DNA of 64,000 nt from an uncultured Gammaproteobacteria bacterium (GTDB lineage: Bacteria > Pseudomonadota > Gammaproteobacteria > DRLM01), in contig CAVXFH010000002.1 in the NCBI GenBank assembly GCA_963761035.1, positions 1,738,915 to 1,802,914 of the forward strand. Direction: 5' to 3'. Below the pieces are notes generated by a model. The model was not told the origin of the DNA and ran no database searches. It saw only the letters and a list, made by a program, of their open reading frames with translations. A program made the translations under genes and the position numbers. This document shows positions 1 through 8,922 of this stretch, in pieces. The stretch's first letter is position 1. Each line of letters opens with the position of its first letter.

Positions 1-783
1 GCCGCCCCAAATGCCCGAGGGCGGGCGCTTCACCAATAGGATGGCTGCGTCGGCATTTCGCACCAGCAACAAATGCGTGCTCCGTACCGGCAGCGCCCCA
101 TGCGGTTTGGGCGTGGGGAGTTCCTTCATACGATTTTGCCGATAAGCGAGGCATTGTGCTTGTACGGGACAGCGTTCACACCGGGGTTGACCGCGGGTAC
201 ACAGTGTGGCGCCCAGATCCATGATCGCTTGGGTATAGTGGGCGACACGCCGGGTTGGGGTGAGTTGACGGGACACATCCCACAGAAGATTTTCGATTCG
301 CTTGTTACCGGGCCAGCCCTCGATGGCGTGATAGCGGGTAAGCACGCGTTTCACGTTGCCGTCCAGGATGGGATGGGTCTGTCCCGCCGCCAGCGCCAGG
401 ACGGCCCCCGCCGTGGAACGGCCGATGCCGGGCAATTGCATGACCGCCGCGATGTCCAATGGAAATACGCCATGGTGGCGGTCGCGGATCCGTTGTGCCG
501 ACGTATGCATGTTGCGGGCGCGGGCGTAATAGCCGAGACCGCTCCAGTGGTGCAATACCGCGTCCAGCGGGGCGTCCGCGAGGCCGGCGACATCGGGGAA
601 ACGCGCCAGGAAACGTCGATAGTAGGGGATGACGGTAGCGACTTGCGTCTGCTGCAACATGATCTCCGACACCCACACGCGATACGGCGTGGGATCCTGT
701 TGCCAAGGCAGGTCCTTGCGGCCGTGGTTGTCCCACCACGCCAACAGCCGTTTGCTGAATGATGGCGGCAACGTTTTCGGCAT
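1..783 (-). CDS. mutY: A/G-specific adenine DNA glycosylase MutY, N-terminal part; the 3' end runs off the window edge
   Basis: Manual minus-strand translation from ATG (revcomp of 781-783) gives MPKTLPPSFSKRLLAWWDNHGRKDLPWQQDPTPYRVWVSEI, matching the E. coli MutY N-terminus (VLDWYDKYGRKTLPWQ..TPYKVWLSEVMLQQTQ). Absent from the ORF track because there is no in-window stop. The plus-strand ORF 73..762 is a shadow of this gene. Confidence 0.8.
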   Translation of the reverse strand, partial: MPKTLPPSFSKRLLAWWDNHGRKDLPWQQDPTPYRVWVSEIMLQQTQVATVIPYYRRFLARFPDVAGLADAPLDAVLHHWSGLGYYARARNMHTSAQRIRDRHHGVFPLDIAAVMQLPGIGRSTAGAVLALAAGQTHPILDGNVKRVLTRYHAIEGWPGNKRIENLLWDVSRQLTPTRRVAHYTQAIMDLGATLCTRGQPRCERCPVQAQCLAYRQNRMKELPTPKPHGALPVRSTHLLLVRNADAAILLVKRPPSGIWGG

Positions 784-2973
784 CTATTTGAGTAGATTCT
801 TCAGTTTGTTTTTCAGCTTTTGTTGCAGCTTTTGTTTTTCCTTATCGAGGCGCGCCTTGGCCTTTTGTTTGAGCATCTCGTCGAGATCGGTCGTGAATTT
901 CGGCGCGCTGAGGGTACCTTCCACCCGGATGGGAATCGCGGTGTCTTTATACTGCCCCAATTGCTTGGCCAGTTGCCCGGCGGGTACGGCATCGAGGCGC
1001 AACGCCAAGGCGTCATCGACCAGGTTCACCGTGCCGCGCCCCTTCACGTTCAGTTGCGCCGAGTTGAGCGTCAGGTCTTTGGTCTCGATCAGGCCGTTGC
1101 TGACCGTGGCGGTGGCGGCGAACTTTGAAAATACGGTTTGATCGAGCCTGCCGGCATCGATGCCCAGGCCCTGGATGTACTTTAGGTAATCCTTTTGGAG
1201 CAGCTTGATGAGATTGACGCCGTTGACGTGTCCGTTCTGAAATGAAAAGCCGAGTACGCCGTTGAGGGTTGGTTTGAGCGACTCGGGGCTGAGGCCGGCG
1301 CCGCTCAGTTTTAGATGGAGATTGCCGGTGCCGGCGACCAGATCTTTTTCCAGCAAATCTCTCGTCAAGGGGCCGATCTCAATGCCGCTCAGGGACTCGT
1401 TGATGGAAACCCGCGCCGACTTGCCGCGGGCATCGAGCTGGAGATCGCCGCGATAATCGCCGCCGTAGAGATGGGCCGTCAGGGGTGTGGCGCGGATCAT
1501 CCCCGTCTTGGCGCTGAGGCCCAGCTTGATATCGCTCACGGTCAGTTTGGCAATCTTGAGTTTGCCGATGCCGATATCGCCTTCCACGTCCAGGGCGCGC
1601 AAGGTCTCCAGCGGCAATTCAGCGGCACCCGCGCCGACGGCGGCGGCGGGAGTGGCCACCTTGGCGTTCCCCGCCGTCGGCGGCGGCAGATATCGATCGG
1701 CGTTGATATCGTCCATGGCAAGCTGGAAGCGATAGGCGGGGCGAGCGAAATTTTTAATCGTTGCCTTGCCGGTGATCTGCGTTTGGTCCACCTTGGCTTG
1801 CAACTTGGTGAGTTCCGCGTCCGTTGCCGAGGCGGTGAATTCCACGGTGGCAGCGACTGCGCTGAGGGCTTGTTTGTTCGCGGTAGCGAGCGGCGCGCCG
1901 CGGAAGCGGCCGAGCAGTTCGCGCGCGTCAAAACTGGCAACGCTAAGCTCGCCCGTGAAACGCGGCGCTTCGAGCAAGTGCTGAGCTTGGATCCGGCCGT
2001 TGATCTGGAGATTCCATGCCGCGAGGCTGAGTGGTTCTACCGCCAGTGTTCCTTTCTGAAGATTCACGATCACATCGGCGTTGAGCGCAGCATCCAACTG
2101 TTTGCCGGGCAGCTTGTCGCCGCGCAACGCAACAAGCAACTGCAAACCCTTTAACCGGTAATCCTTGGCGGCGAGGTTGAGCACGGCATCGCTGCTCAGG
2201 GTTAACTTGAGGTCATCCGCCGGGAGGCCTCGACCATGGGCTTGGGCGGTCACTTTCAATCCCTTCAGTTGCAGTGACGGCGTCTCGAAATTATACAACG
2301 CCTGGGTGTTCACCCCGAGGTGCGCGCCGAGGGCGGGCGCAGTGCTCATAATATCGGTGTCCAGTTCCAGGGTGACGGGGGCATGGGGCGCAATCGACCC
2401 GGTATGCAGAGCCAGTTTGCTCAATTCATAGTGGGTTTTATTTTGCAGGTCGTCCCAAATAATCGTGGCGTCCTTAACCTTGACGCCGCCGATGGCGAAG
2501 GTGGTCGCCGTCACGGCCGCGGTGCTTTTGCTCGCGGCGGCGGGCGATGCGGAAGATTGCCGGTTTTTTCCGGACGTCAGGTCGTCCCAATTGGTCTTTC
2601 CCGCTGCATTGCGTATCAGGTGCAGGTAGAGGCCGTCGAGGGTGACGGTATCGACTTCCACGTCTTTCCTGAGCAAGGGCAGCAGCTTGACTTTTACGGC
2701 CGCACCTTCGATCTTGGCGAAGGCTTCCTTGCCGAAGCCGGGGGCATTGCCGAGGCTCATGGCGCCGGTTTCCACCCCCAGCCAGGGAAATAAGGAGAGC
2801 TGCAGATCGCCTTGAACAAGGAGTTCGCGCCCGGTAGCCTTTTCTACCGCCGCGGCGATTTCAGGCTTGAATTTATTAGGGTCGAAAACCAGGAGGACAA
2901 CGATGATCGCGGCGATAAACAAGACCGCAACGCCGCCCAGGGTCCATAGCGTCATCTTCAAGAATCGTTTCAT
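784..2973 (-). CDS. asmA: AsmA family outer-membrane assembly protein
   Basis: 729 aa. N-terminal TM anchor (MKRFLKMTLWTLGGVAVLFIAAIIVVLLVF), long beta-rich body and lysine-rich C-terminal tail typical of AsmA. Its stop abuts the mutY start codon. Confidence 0.8.
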   Translation of the reverse strand: MKRFLKMTLWTLGGVAVLFIAAIIVVLLVFDPNKFKPEIAAAVEKATGRELLVQGDLQLSLFPWLGVETGAMSLGNAPGFGKEAFAKIEGAAVKVKLLPLLRKDVEVDTVTLDGLYLHLIRNAAGKTNWDDLTSGKNRQSSASPAAASKSTAAVTATTFAIGGVKVKDATIIWDDLQNKTHYELSKLALHTGSIAPHAPVTLELDTDIMSTAPALGAHLGVNTQALYNFETPSLQLKGLKVTAQAHGRGLPADDLKLTLSSDAVLNLAAKDYRLKGLQLLVALRGDKLPGKQLDAALNADVIVNLQKGTLAVEPLSLAAWNLQINGRIQAQHLLEAPRFTGELSVASFDARELLGRFRGAPLATANKQALSAVAATVEFTASATDAELTKLQAKVDQTQITGKATIKNFARPAYRFQLAMDDINADRYLPPPTAGNAKVATPAAAVGAGAAELPLETLRALDVEGDIGIGKLKIAKLTVSDIKLGLSAKTGMIRATPLTAHLYGGDYRGDLQLDARGKSARVSINESLSGIEIGPLTRDLLEKDLVAGTGNLHLKLSGAGLSPESLKPTLNGVLGFSFQNGHVNGVNLIKLLQKDYLKYIQGLGIDAGRLDQTVFSKFAATATVSNGLIETKDLTLNSAQLNVKGRGTVNLVDDALALRLDAVPAGQLAKQLGQYKDTAIPIRVEGTLSAPKFTTDLDEMLKQKAKARLDKEKQKLQQKLKNKLKNLLK

Positions 2974-3055
2974 CTGCTTCCCTGGTAGTTGCCAATAGCC
3001 TGAGAATGAATATCATACCGTGACGGCGGGGCGTCGCCTAATAACGCGGTGAACC

Positions 3056-3514
3056 GTGGAGCTGAGAAGGGTCGCCGTGGCGCGGCTGCCGGTTGGAAAG
3101 TTTGGAGGCTCGCTTCTTATTATGACAACGATGGTAACTCGTCCTATCCTCGTCAAGAGTGGTGACGCCGTCAATGACGGTGTCTTGCATCTGCAGGCCT
3201 TCAACGACCGGGAGCGCAAGATCCGCGCCGCGAAAATATGGGGGTTGATGTGGCTGTTCGCCGTATTGTCGCTGCCTATCATCATCGCGCACTTCGTGCT
3301 GGTGCCCGGTTTCCTGATCGCGGGACCGGTGATGGCCTATAAGCGTTATCGCGTCTTGGCGGTACCCGATCACGTCAGCGGCAACTGCCCCGCCGGAAAG
3401 GAAGATTTCACACTGCAACTGGAGCCCACCGATCGTCTGCCGATGTGGACCCATTGCCCTGCTTGCGATGCCTCCTTGCACTTGATGGAAAAAGAACAGT
3501 CTTCTCTACCTTAG
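3056..3514 (+). CDS. hypothetical membrane protein with C-terminal CxxC...CxxC zinc-ribbon
   Basis: ORF with two predicted TM helices (LMWLFAVLSLPIIIAHFVLVPGFLIAGPVMAY) and a GNCPAG...HCPACDAS motif. Start uncertain; an internal ATG at ~3122 is possible. Confidence 0.35.
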   Translation: MELRRVAVARLPVGKFGGSLLIMTTMVTRPILVKSGDAVNDGVLHLQAFNDRERKIRAAKIWGLMWLFAVLSLPIIIAHFVLVPGFLIAGPVMAYKRYRVLAVPDHVSGNCPAGKEDFTLQLEPTDRLPMWTHCPACDASLHLMEKEQSSLP

Positions 3515-3747
3515 CCGGGGAAGCCCAGCGCCGGTCAACACGGAATTATTTTATGCGCGCCACTTTTGCCTTTATTATCCTGAGTGTTATGGCGCTGTCC
3601 GCGGTTATCGCCTTGGTTCTGATGCTCTATATGTTGGGCATTATCGGCAATTGATCGCGGGCGCCGTCTTAGCTTGCTTTGTAGCCGCTGTAGTGTGATT
3701 ATTTTACAAATACTCTCATTAGCAATACTTTAAACAGAGAAAGCAAG

Positions 3748-4233
3748 GTGGAAATTGTGAGTGACTATTGTGTGGTGACCGTTGACAGCAGCCGGGCCCG
3801 GTTCTTTATCCTGGCGCCGGCAAGCCAGCCCGAAGTGGAGTCGGGACCGGCCTTGGTGGAACAGGGCGAAGACCTGATCAATGCGGAGACGCAGCTCCCC
3901 GGGCGGGAACTGTGGAGCGACACGGCGGCGGGCGGCGAAAACCATACCTTCGACGATCATCGCGATAAGCATGCCGATGAATTCAAGCGCCGTTTTGCTA
4001 AGTTGGTGGCGGGGCAGGCGGTAAAGCTCGCCGGACGCACTAAAGCGAAGACGCTGGTGGTGGTGGCAGAAAAACAGATGCTCGGTTTTCTGCGCAATGA
4101 AATGCACCTCTCGCCGAAGGCGGAATTTACAGTGCGCGAATTCGCCAAGGACTTGAGCCGTCTGTCGCCGCAGGATTTGCAAAGTCATTTGGCGGCCGAG
4201 GGTCTGGTGCCGTCGCGCCAGCGCCGGTCGTAA
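3748..4233 (+). CDS. host-attachment-family protein (Host_attach/PF10116-like)
   Basis: 161 aa. The N-terminal motif CVVTVDSSRARFFIL resembles the WVVVADGSRARIF signature of the 'protein required for attachment to host cells' family. GTG start at 3748, or GTG at 3757 with an AAGGTGG RBS. Confidence 0.55.
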   Translation: MEIVSDYCVVTVDSSRARFFILAPASQPEVESGPALVEQGEDLINAETQLPGRELWSDTAAGGENHTFDDHRDKHADEFKRRFAKLVAGQAVKLAGRTKAKTLVVVAEKQMLGFLRNEMHLSPKAEFTVREFAKDLSRLSPQDLQSHLAAEGLVPSRQRRS

Positions 4234-4288
4234 ACCGCGACCGTCGCGTCGGCTGCTTGTTTATTAGGGTAAGATTGTGCGGAGAAGG

Positions 4289-4362
4289 TGGAGCGGGTGA
4301 TGGGAATCGAACCCACGCTAGTAGCTTGGGAAGCTACAGTTCTACCATTGAACTACACCCGC
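4289..4362 (-). tRNA. tRNA-Gly (anticodon CCC)
   Basis: Reverse complement GCGGGTGTAGTTCAATGGTAGAACTGTAGCTTCCCAAGCTACTAGCGTGGGTTCGATTCCCATCACCCGCTCCA folds as a cloverleaf. Anticodon loop TTCCCAA; near-identical to E. coli glyU; CCA encoded. Confidence 0.92.
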
Positions 4363-4626
4363 AAATTCGCAGAGTCCCAATAGTTTACAACCGCTGGGGT
4401 TGAACAGTCGAGCCAAACTGGTATGACTTCCGCTACGACTCGGAATGTGGGTCGACAGCTAGTATTTGGTAATAGAAAACAATAAGCCCAGCTCATTTGG
4501 ACCGTCCTCTTATTGGTAGGGTAGGGATTTTTTTAACGGAATTGTAGTCTAACCCTTGGATCATAATTATCAAAAGCGTATCATGAAATTATAGTAGTCG
4601 CGACGTAGCTAATCAGGGGTGTCCAA

Positions 4627-5094
4627 ATGTCGTATCAGAGGGGTGTTTTAATCCTAAGCTTGGCTCTCGTACTTTTGGGTATGGGCGTCACAGTTGGATG
4701 CCGTGCTGACGGGGTAACTGCGCCGCGAGCAGTATTTGGGTCCCAGAACGCCACCCTCCTTCTGTGCGCCGTGGACTTCTCCCCATGCATTTCCGCCGTC
4801 CCGTCTTCTCAGAGGACCGCGCACAATGCCGGACGGCAGGGTAGCATCGAAGTCCGTCCGCTACAACTTGCGTCTGGCGGGCGTGGCGCGAATGCTGGAT
4901 GGCAAACCTCGGGCAAGTCTGCGTCCGGCAGAGAGGTTAATTTCAGCGTGGCTTCCTCGGGAGCGGATACAGATGCCAATGGAAGGTTCGCGCTCAATGT
5001 GACGCTGGATAGTCACTATCACGGCGCCATTTACAACAGCCAGGATCCTTTCGAGCCCATGCAGGTTTCCCTTAACTACGTCCGTGCCTGGTAG
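4627..5094 (+). CDS. hypothetical small secreted/exported protein (doubtful)
   Basis: 155 aa ORF with a good RBS (AGGGGTG-N5-ATG) and a hydrophobic N-terminus (VLILSLALVLLGMGVTVGC). Lies in an otherwise non-coding-looking region and contains one copy of a 41 bp repeat. No recognisable family. Confidence 0.3.
   Translation: MSYQRGVLILSLALVLLGMGVTVGCRADGVTAPRAVFGSQNATLLLCAVDFSPCISAVPSSQRTAHNAGRQGSIEVRPLQLASGGRGANAGWQTSGKSASGREVNFSVASSGADTDANGRFALNVTLDSHYHGAIYNSQDPFEPMQVSLNYVRAW
4765..4805. repeat. 41 bp direct repeat, copy 1 (TGCGCCGTGGACTTCTCCCCATGCATTTCCGCCGTCCCGTC)
   Basis: Matches 5306..5345 with 2 mismatches. Confidence 0.9.
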
Positions 5095-5264
5095 TAGCGA
5101 CCCGCTAACGTAATTGCGGGCATAGTGTTCTAGTTTCTTCCGTGCTTATTCGGTTGTATCCCATAGCCATGACCGGTTGTGTGTTGAGCATCTGCATTTC
5201 ACCGAAGCAGCCGTGACTATGGACTGTTGCCACTCATCTATATTGATTAGCGTTCATAGCCCGG

Positions 5265-5299
5265 TAGGGCGTAATAACCGAAGGGCATTACGCCCTACT
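5265..5299. repeat. perfect 12 bp inverted repeat (GTAGGGCGTAAT-N11-ATTACGCCCTAC), potential stem-loop
   Basis: Read directly from the sequence; sits 7 bp upstream of repeat copy 2. Confidence 0.85.
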
Positions 5300-5305
5300 G
5301 CACAG

Positions 5306-5345
5306 TGCGCCGAGGACTTCTCCCCATGCATTTCCGCCGTCCCGT
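5306..5345. repeat. 41 bp direct repeat, copy 2
   Basis: TGCGCCGAGGACTTCTCCCCATGCATTTCCGCCGTCCCGT; non-coding context. Confidence 0.9.
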
Positions 5346-5445
5346 TACGGTAACCTACTCATGGACCTGACGGAAATTAGCGTTTATTCTTCTTATAAAT
5401 CCTGTGGGATGGATCGGTGTAACCGGCAAAGGGAGGGCGTAAACA

Positions 5446-6813
5446 ATGAAGAAGATTCTTCTTATTAATCCGGCCTACAGCGAGAGTCTCCACTCGAACA
5501 TCAAGGTGCTGACGATTCCCCCTCTGAACCTGGCGATGATCGCGCGTTATACGCCGGAACACTACGACGTAGAGATCGTCGACGAGGCGGTTGAGCATCT
5601 CGACATCGAGGCGCCGGCCGATCTGGTCGGCATCACCTGCATGACGCCGCTCGCGCCTCGCGCCTACGAGATAGCGCAGAGCTTCCGCACGCGCGGCGTG
5701 CCGGTAGTCATGGGCGGTATTCATGTATCCTATATGACGGACGAGGCCCTGCGCTATGCCGACGCGGTCGTGGCGGGCGAGGGCGAGAACTTGTGGCCGC
5801 GGTTGTTGCAGGATTTTGAACAGGGGCGAATGCAGAAGGTATATCGCAGCTGCGATCAGCCTGAAATCGAGAATCTGCGGGCGCCGCGAAGGGACCTGCT
5901 GCGCGGTAAGTATTTCGTGGAGACCGTGCAGACCGGCCGCGGCTGTCCGATCAACTGCAACTTCTGCTCGGTCACGGCATTCAACGGGCCGCGTTACCGC
6001 CTGCGCGATATCGACAACGTGATTAGCGAGATCCATGGGATCAAGTCGAAGCGCATTTTCATCGTCGATGACAATATCGTCGGCGCCGGCATGAAGTACA
6101 TCCGGCGCACCAAGGAGCTGTTCGATCGTCTGCGGGAGTGCGGCAAGGAGTGGGGAGGGCAGACCTGCCTCAACATCGTGGAGCACGAGGACGTACTCAA
6201 ATCGGCGGCGCGCAGCGGCTGCAAGGGCTTCCTGATCGGCTTTGAATCGCTTGACGCCGAGACGATCGGCGCCTTCCACAAGCCGGTCAACCTGCGGGCC
6301 AATACCCGCAACTTCCGGGACGCCATCAAGAAGATACACGATCACGGCATCGCCATCGTCGGTTGCTTTATCTTCGGCGCCGATACCCAGGGCAAAGATG
6401 CGTTTCGGCGCACCGTGGATTTCGTCCTGGAGAACGAGATCGACGCCGTGCAGATGACGCTCGAGACGCCGCTGCCCGGCACGGCGTTCTATCGGCAGAT
6501 GGTCGACGAGCAGCGCCTGCTGCTTACCAATTACCCACAAGACTGGAAACACTACAACATCGTAGAACCGGTGTTCCGCATGAAGGGCATGACCCCGAGC
6601 GAGGCCTATGAGGGCCTATTGAATGCGTATAGCGAGGTATCGTCATTCAAAACCTCTTTGCTGCGCGGTCTGCGGACATTCAGGAAAACGCGCAGTCTAT
6701 TCAGCACGGGTATCTCCTTCTCCTGGAACTATCACGCTTATAAGACGATCAGGAATACCCCGACGCCGCTGGCGGCTTTGGATGAGGCAAATCGCTTGCC
6801 CGTGACTGCTTGA
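5446..6813 (+). CDS. B12-binding domain radical SAM protein (class B rSAM, methyltransferase-like)
   Basis: 455 aa. N-terminal cobalamin-binding Rossmann region (KVLTIPPLNLAMIARY...VGITCMT) followed by a CxxxCxxC rSAM cluster (GCPINCNFCS). RBS GGAGGG upstream. Confidence 0.8.
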   Translation: MKKILLINPAYSESLHSNIKVLTIPPLNLAMIARYTPEHYDVEIVDEAVEHLDIEAPADLVGITCMTPLAPRAYEIAQSFRTRGVPVVMGGIHVSYMTDEALRYADAVVAGEGENLWPRLLQDFEQGRMQKVYRSCDQPEIENLRAPRRDLLRGKYFVETVQTGRGCPINCNFCSVTAFNGPRYRLRDIDNVISEIHGIKSKRIFIVDDNIVGAGMKYIRRTKELFDRLRECGKEWGGQTCLNIVEHEDVLKSAARSGCKGFLIGFESLDAETIGAFHKPVNLRANTRNFRDAIKKIHDHGIAIVGCFIFGADTQGKDAFRRTVDFVLENEIDAVQMTLETPLPGTAFYRQMVDEQRLLLTNYPQDWKHYNIVEPVFRMKGMTPSEAYEGLLNAYSEVSSFKTSLLRGLRTFRKTRSLFSTGISFSWNYHAYKTIRNTPTPLAALDEANRLPVTA

Positions 6814-6981
6814 TCCCGCCGCGGCAAGGTGTACCGGCATGGGATTGGTAGGCTCGCCGTTACCGGTGGCACCGGCCCGGACAAATCCCGCGCTACCGGG
6901 GCGTAAAGCAACACTCCCGAACGGCCTGTGCGCCAATAGGCGCTGAGTATCGCCTCGCCGCCGCTTTAAAAGTTAGTTTTA

Positions 6982-7332
6982 TTATTCGCCCGGAATATTT
7001 TCCGGTTTCGACTTGAGCTGTCGCAGAAAGGCTTTAGTTTTATCGAGAAATACGGGAGTCAGTCCCGCGTCTTCGTAAATCGGATCGTTATAATCATCTT
7101 TGGCGATAATCCTTTCCCCTTTTTCGTAAGGGAAGGCCTCTACCAATTCATCGAGCGCCGCGCCGAGCAAGTCCGTAATGATCTGAGTTTCGGTTCGCGC
7201 AGGATACATGTCCGCCAGCGCCATGATCCTTGCCGCGTCATGAAGCGGCAATTTGACGGTGAATTCTCTCGCGGCCATTTTACCCGCTCCACGCTGTTCC
7301 CAGTACTTGGACAAATCCCGTATCTTCATCAT
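6982..7332 (-). CDS. hypothetical protein, possible ribbon-helix-helix DNA-binding fold
   Basis: 116 aa; the FTVKLPLHDAARIMALADMY..TETQIITDLLGAALDEL pattern (beta-strand then two helices) is RHH-like. No family assigned. Confidence 0.4.
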   Translation of the reverse strand: MMKIRDLSKYWEQRGAGKMAAREFTVKLPLHDAARIMALADMYPARTETQIITDLLGAALDELVEAFPYEKGERIIAKDDYNDPIYEDAGLTPVFLDKTKAFLRQLKSKPENIPGE

Positions 7333-7759
7333 TATTCTCCGCGGTTAAGGCTTTGACTCATGCCCAATTAAGCACGTCGTAATGAGACGTAAAGCTATCC
7401 GTCTTCTTGCGGATAGGCAAGCATAAAATATAGTGGATATTCATTTCTTATTTTCCTCATCGGCGGCTCGTGCAACATACTTCTCGCCGGCGCCGCTACG
7501 AAACCGCGGCGACAATACAGCCTTTACTTGGCCGGTGCAGATTGAGAAGTTGACGGTCCTTGATGTGATTCCGCAAGAGTGGCCGGCCAAGGATGTCATG
7601 CGTAACAATGTACCGGTGCCGATCATCGCCGGTCAGGCGGTTCCATTGATTCCTTGGGAAGTCAACCTCCAGACCAGTGACTGTTCACCCCCATCGGTTG
7701 TAGACTATTTGGAATCGGAAAGTTTGCGAGTGTAGTTCGACCGGGAACTGTATGCCCGA

Positions 7760-7987
7760 TTGTTTGGCCGGGAAAGGAGCGAATTTGTGGAAGTGGTAGT
7801 CAATGGCGAATCGCGCCGGCTCCCGGAAGGAATTACGATAGCGCAATTGCTGGAAACAATGGCCTTATCGGGTAAGCGCCTGGCCGTGGAAGTCAATCTC
7901 GAGATCGTGCCGCGCAGTACCCACGGTGTTCACAAACTGCAACCCGGTGACCGGATCGAGATCGTGCATGCCATTGGCGGCGGTTAG
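7760..7987 (+). CDS. thiS: sulfur carrier protein ThiS
   Basis: C-terminal ...IEIVHAIGGG (GG terminus), ~67 aa core. Likely true start is the GTG at 7787 (VEVVVNGE...). Directly upstream of thiG. Confidence 0.75.
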   Translation: MFGRERSEFVEVVVNGESRRLPEGITIAQLLETMALSGKRLAVEVNLEIVPRSTHGVHKLQPGDRIEIVHAIGGG

Positions 7988-8046
7988 ACTCCTCCCATCC
8001 GGGGTATAATCGCCTCCGTCATATGCTGAAATATTAGGATCTAGCC

Positions 8047-8838
8047 ATGTCACAGACAATCAGCGATCCATTGATCATCGCCGGCGTCGCCTATCGATCC
8101 CGGCTGTTGGTGGGCACCGGCAAGTACCGCGATCTGGAGGAAACCCGCGCCGCGGTCACCGCTAGCGGCGCCGAGATCGTCACCGTGGCGGTGCGCCGCA
8201 CCAATATCGGCCAACAGCCCGGCGAACCCAGCCTGCTGGAGGTATTGCCGCGAGATCATTATACCTATCTGCCCAACACCGCCGGTTGTTACACCGCGGC
8301 AGACGCTATCCGCACCTGTCGCCTGGCCCGCGAGTTGCTGGACGGCCACGAGTTGGTGAAACTGGAAGTGCTGGGCGACGAGAAGACCTTGTTTCCCGAC
8401 ATCGTGCAAACTATCGCCGCCGCCGAAGTCTTGATCAAGGAGGGCTTCAAGGTGATGGTCTACACCAATGATGATCCGATCATCGCCAAGCGCTTCGAGG
8501 CCATGGGGTGCGTGGCGGTGATGCCCTTGGCGGCGCCCATCGGCTCGGGTCTGGGCATACGCAATCCCTACAACATCCTTACCATCGTCGAAAACGCCGA
8601 GGTGCCGATTCTGGTGGATGCCGGCGTGGGCACTGCCTCCGATGCCGCGGTGGCCATGGAACTGGGTTGCGACGGCGTCTTGATGAACACCGCCATCGCC
8701 GGCGCGCGGCAGCCGGTGCTGATGGCCGCGGCGATGAAGAAGGCCATCGAAGCGGGACGCGAGGCCTATCGCGCCGGACGCATTCCTCGCAAAAGATTTG
8801 CCAGCGCCTCTTCACCGGTCGACGGCACGTTTTTCTAA
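8047..8838 (+). CDS. thiG: thiazole synthase ThiG
   Basis: 263 aa, strong ThiG similarity (LLVGTGKY...[16 protein letters not shown]...[15 protein letters not shown]). Confidence 0.92.
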   Translation: MSQTISDPLIIAGVAYRSRLLVGTGKYRDLEETRAAVTASGAEIVTVAVRRTNIGQQPGEPSLLEVLPRDHYTYLPNTAGCYTAADAIRTCRLARELLDGHELVKLEVLGDEKTLFPDIVQTIAAAEVLIKEGFKVMVYTNDDPIIAKRFEAMGCVAVMPLAAPIGSGLGIRNPYNILTIVENAEVPILVDAGVGTASDAAVAMELGCDGVLMNTAIAGARQPVLMAAAMKKAIEAGREAYRAGRIPRKRFASASSPVDGTFF

Positions 8839-8922
8839 AGAAATGGACGCAGAGAACATCTAAATTAGAAAAATAATTTTTTCTCTGTGCGCTATGGTCA
8901 TTTCAGCGCCTGTGCGTTATTC

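Noticed and set aside
73-762. 229 aa plus-strand ORF (and 305..739, 351..593 minus) at the window start
   Set aside because: Low-complexity Arg/Gly-rich translation. The region encodes the MutY N-terminus in another minus frame; this is a GC-driven shadow ORF.
1315-2154. 279 aa plus-strand ORF inside asmA, and many similar antisense or overlapping ORFs (e.g. 10293..11105, 12574..13239, 13937..14749, 19367..20035, 21579..22148, 25902..26642, 56446..57153)
   Set aside because: Antisense or out-of-frame to confidently assigned genes, with biased Arg/Ala/Gly composition and no family resemblance. These are typical high-GC artefacts.
3553-3654. 34 aa hydrophobic mini-ORF (MRATFAFIILSVMALSAVIALVLMLYMLGIIGN)
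   Set aside because: Plausible small membrane peptide, but no RBS or conservation evidence available; too weak to call.
4289-4362. tRNA-Gly as the integration site of a genomic island with an integrase
   Set aside because: No integrase, excisionase or direct repeat of the tRNA 3' end was recognisable on either side. The adjacent anomalous region is therefore reported only as an unexplained segment.
5100-5445. Cobalamin riboswitch upstream of the B12-radical-SAM gene
   Set aside because: No B12-box (GCCACTG consensus) found; only GCCACTC in a context not matching the riboswitch architecture.
7333-7786. Possible TPP riboswitch upstream of thiS-thiG
   Set aside because: Checked for the conserved CUGAGA / ACCUGAUCUGGAUAAUGCCAGCG / AGGGA elements on the plus strand. 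Only a loose TTGAGAAG is present and the other blocks are absent or out of order, so no riboswitch is called. A covariance-model scan would settle it.
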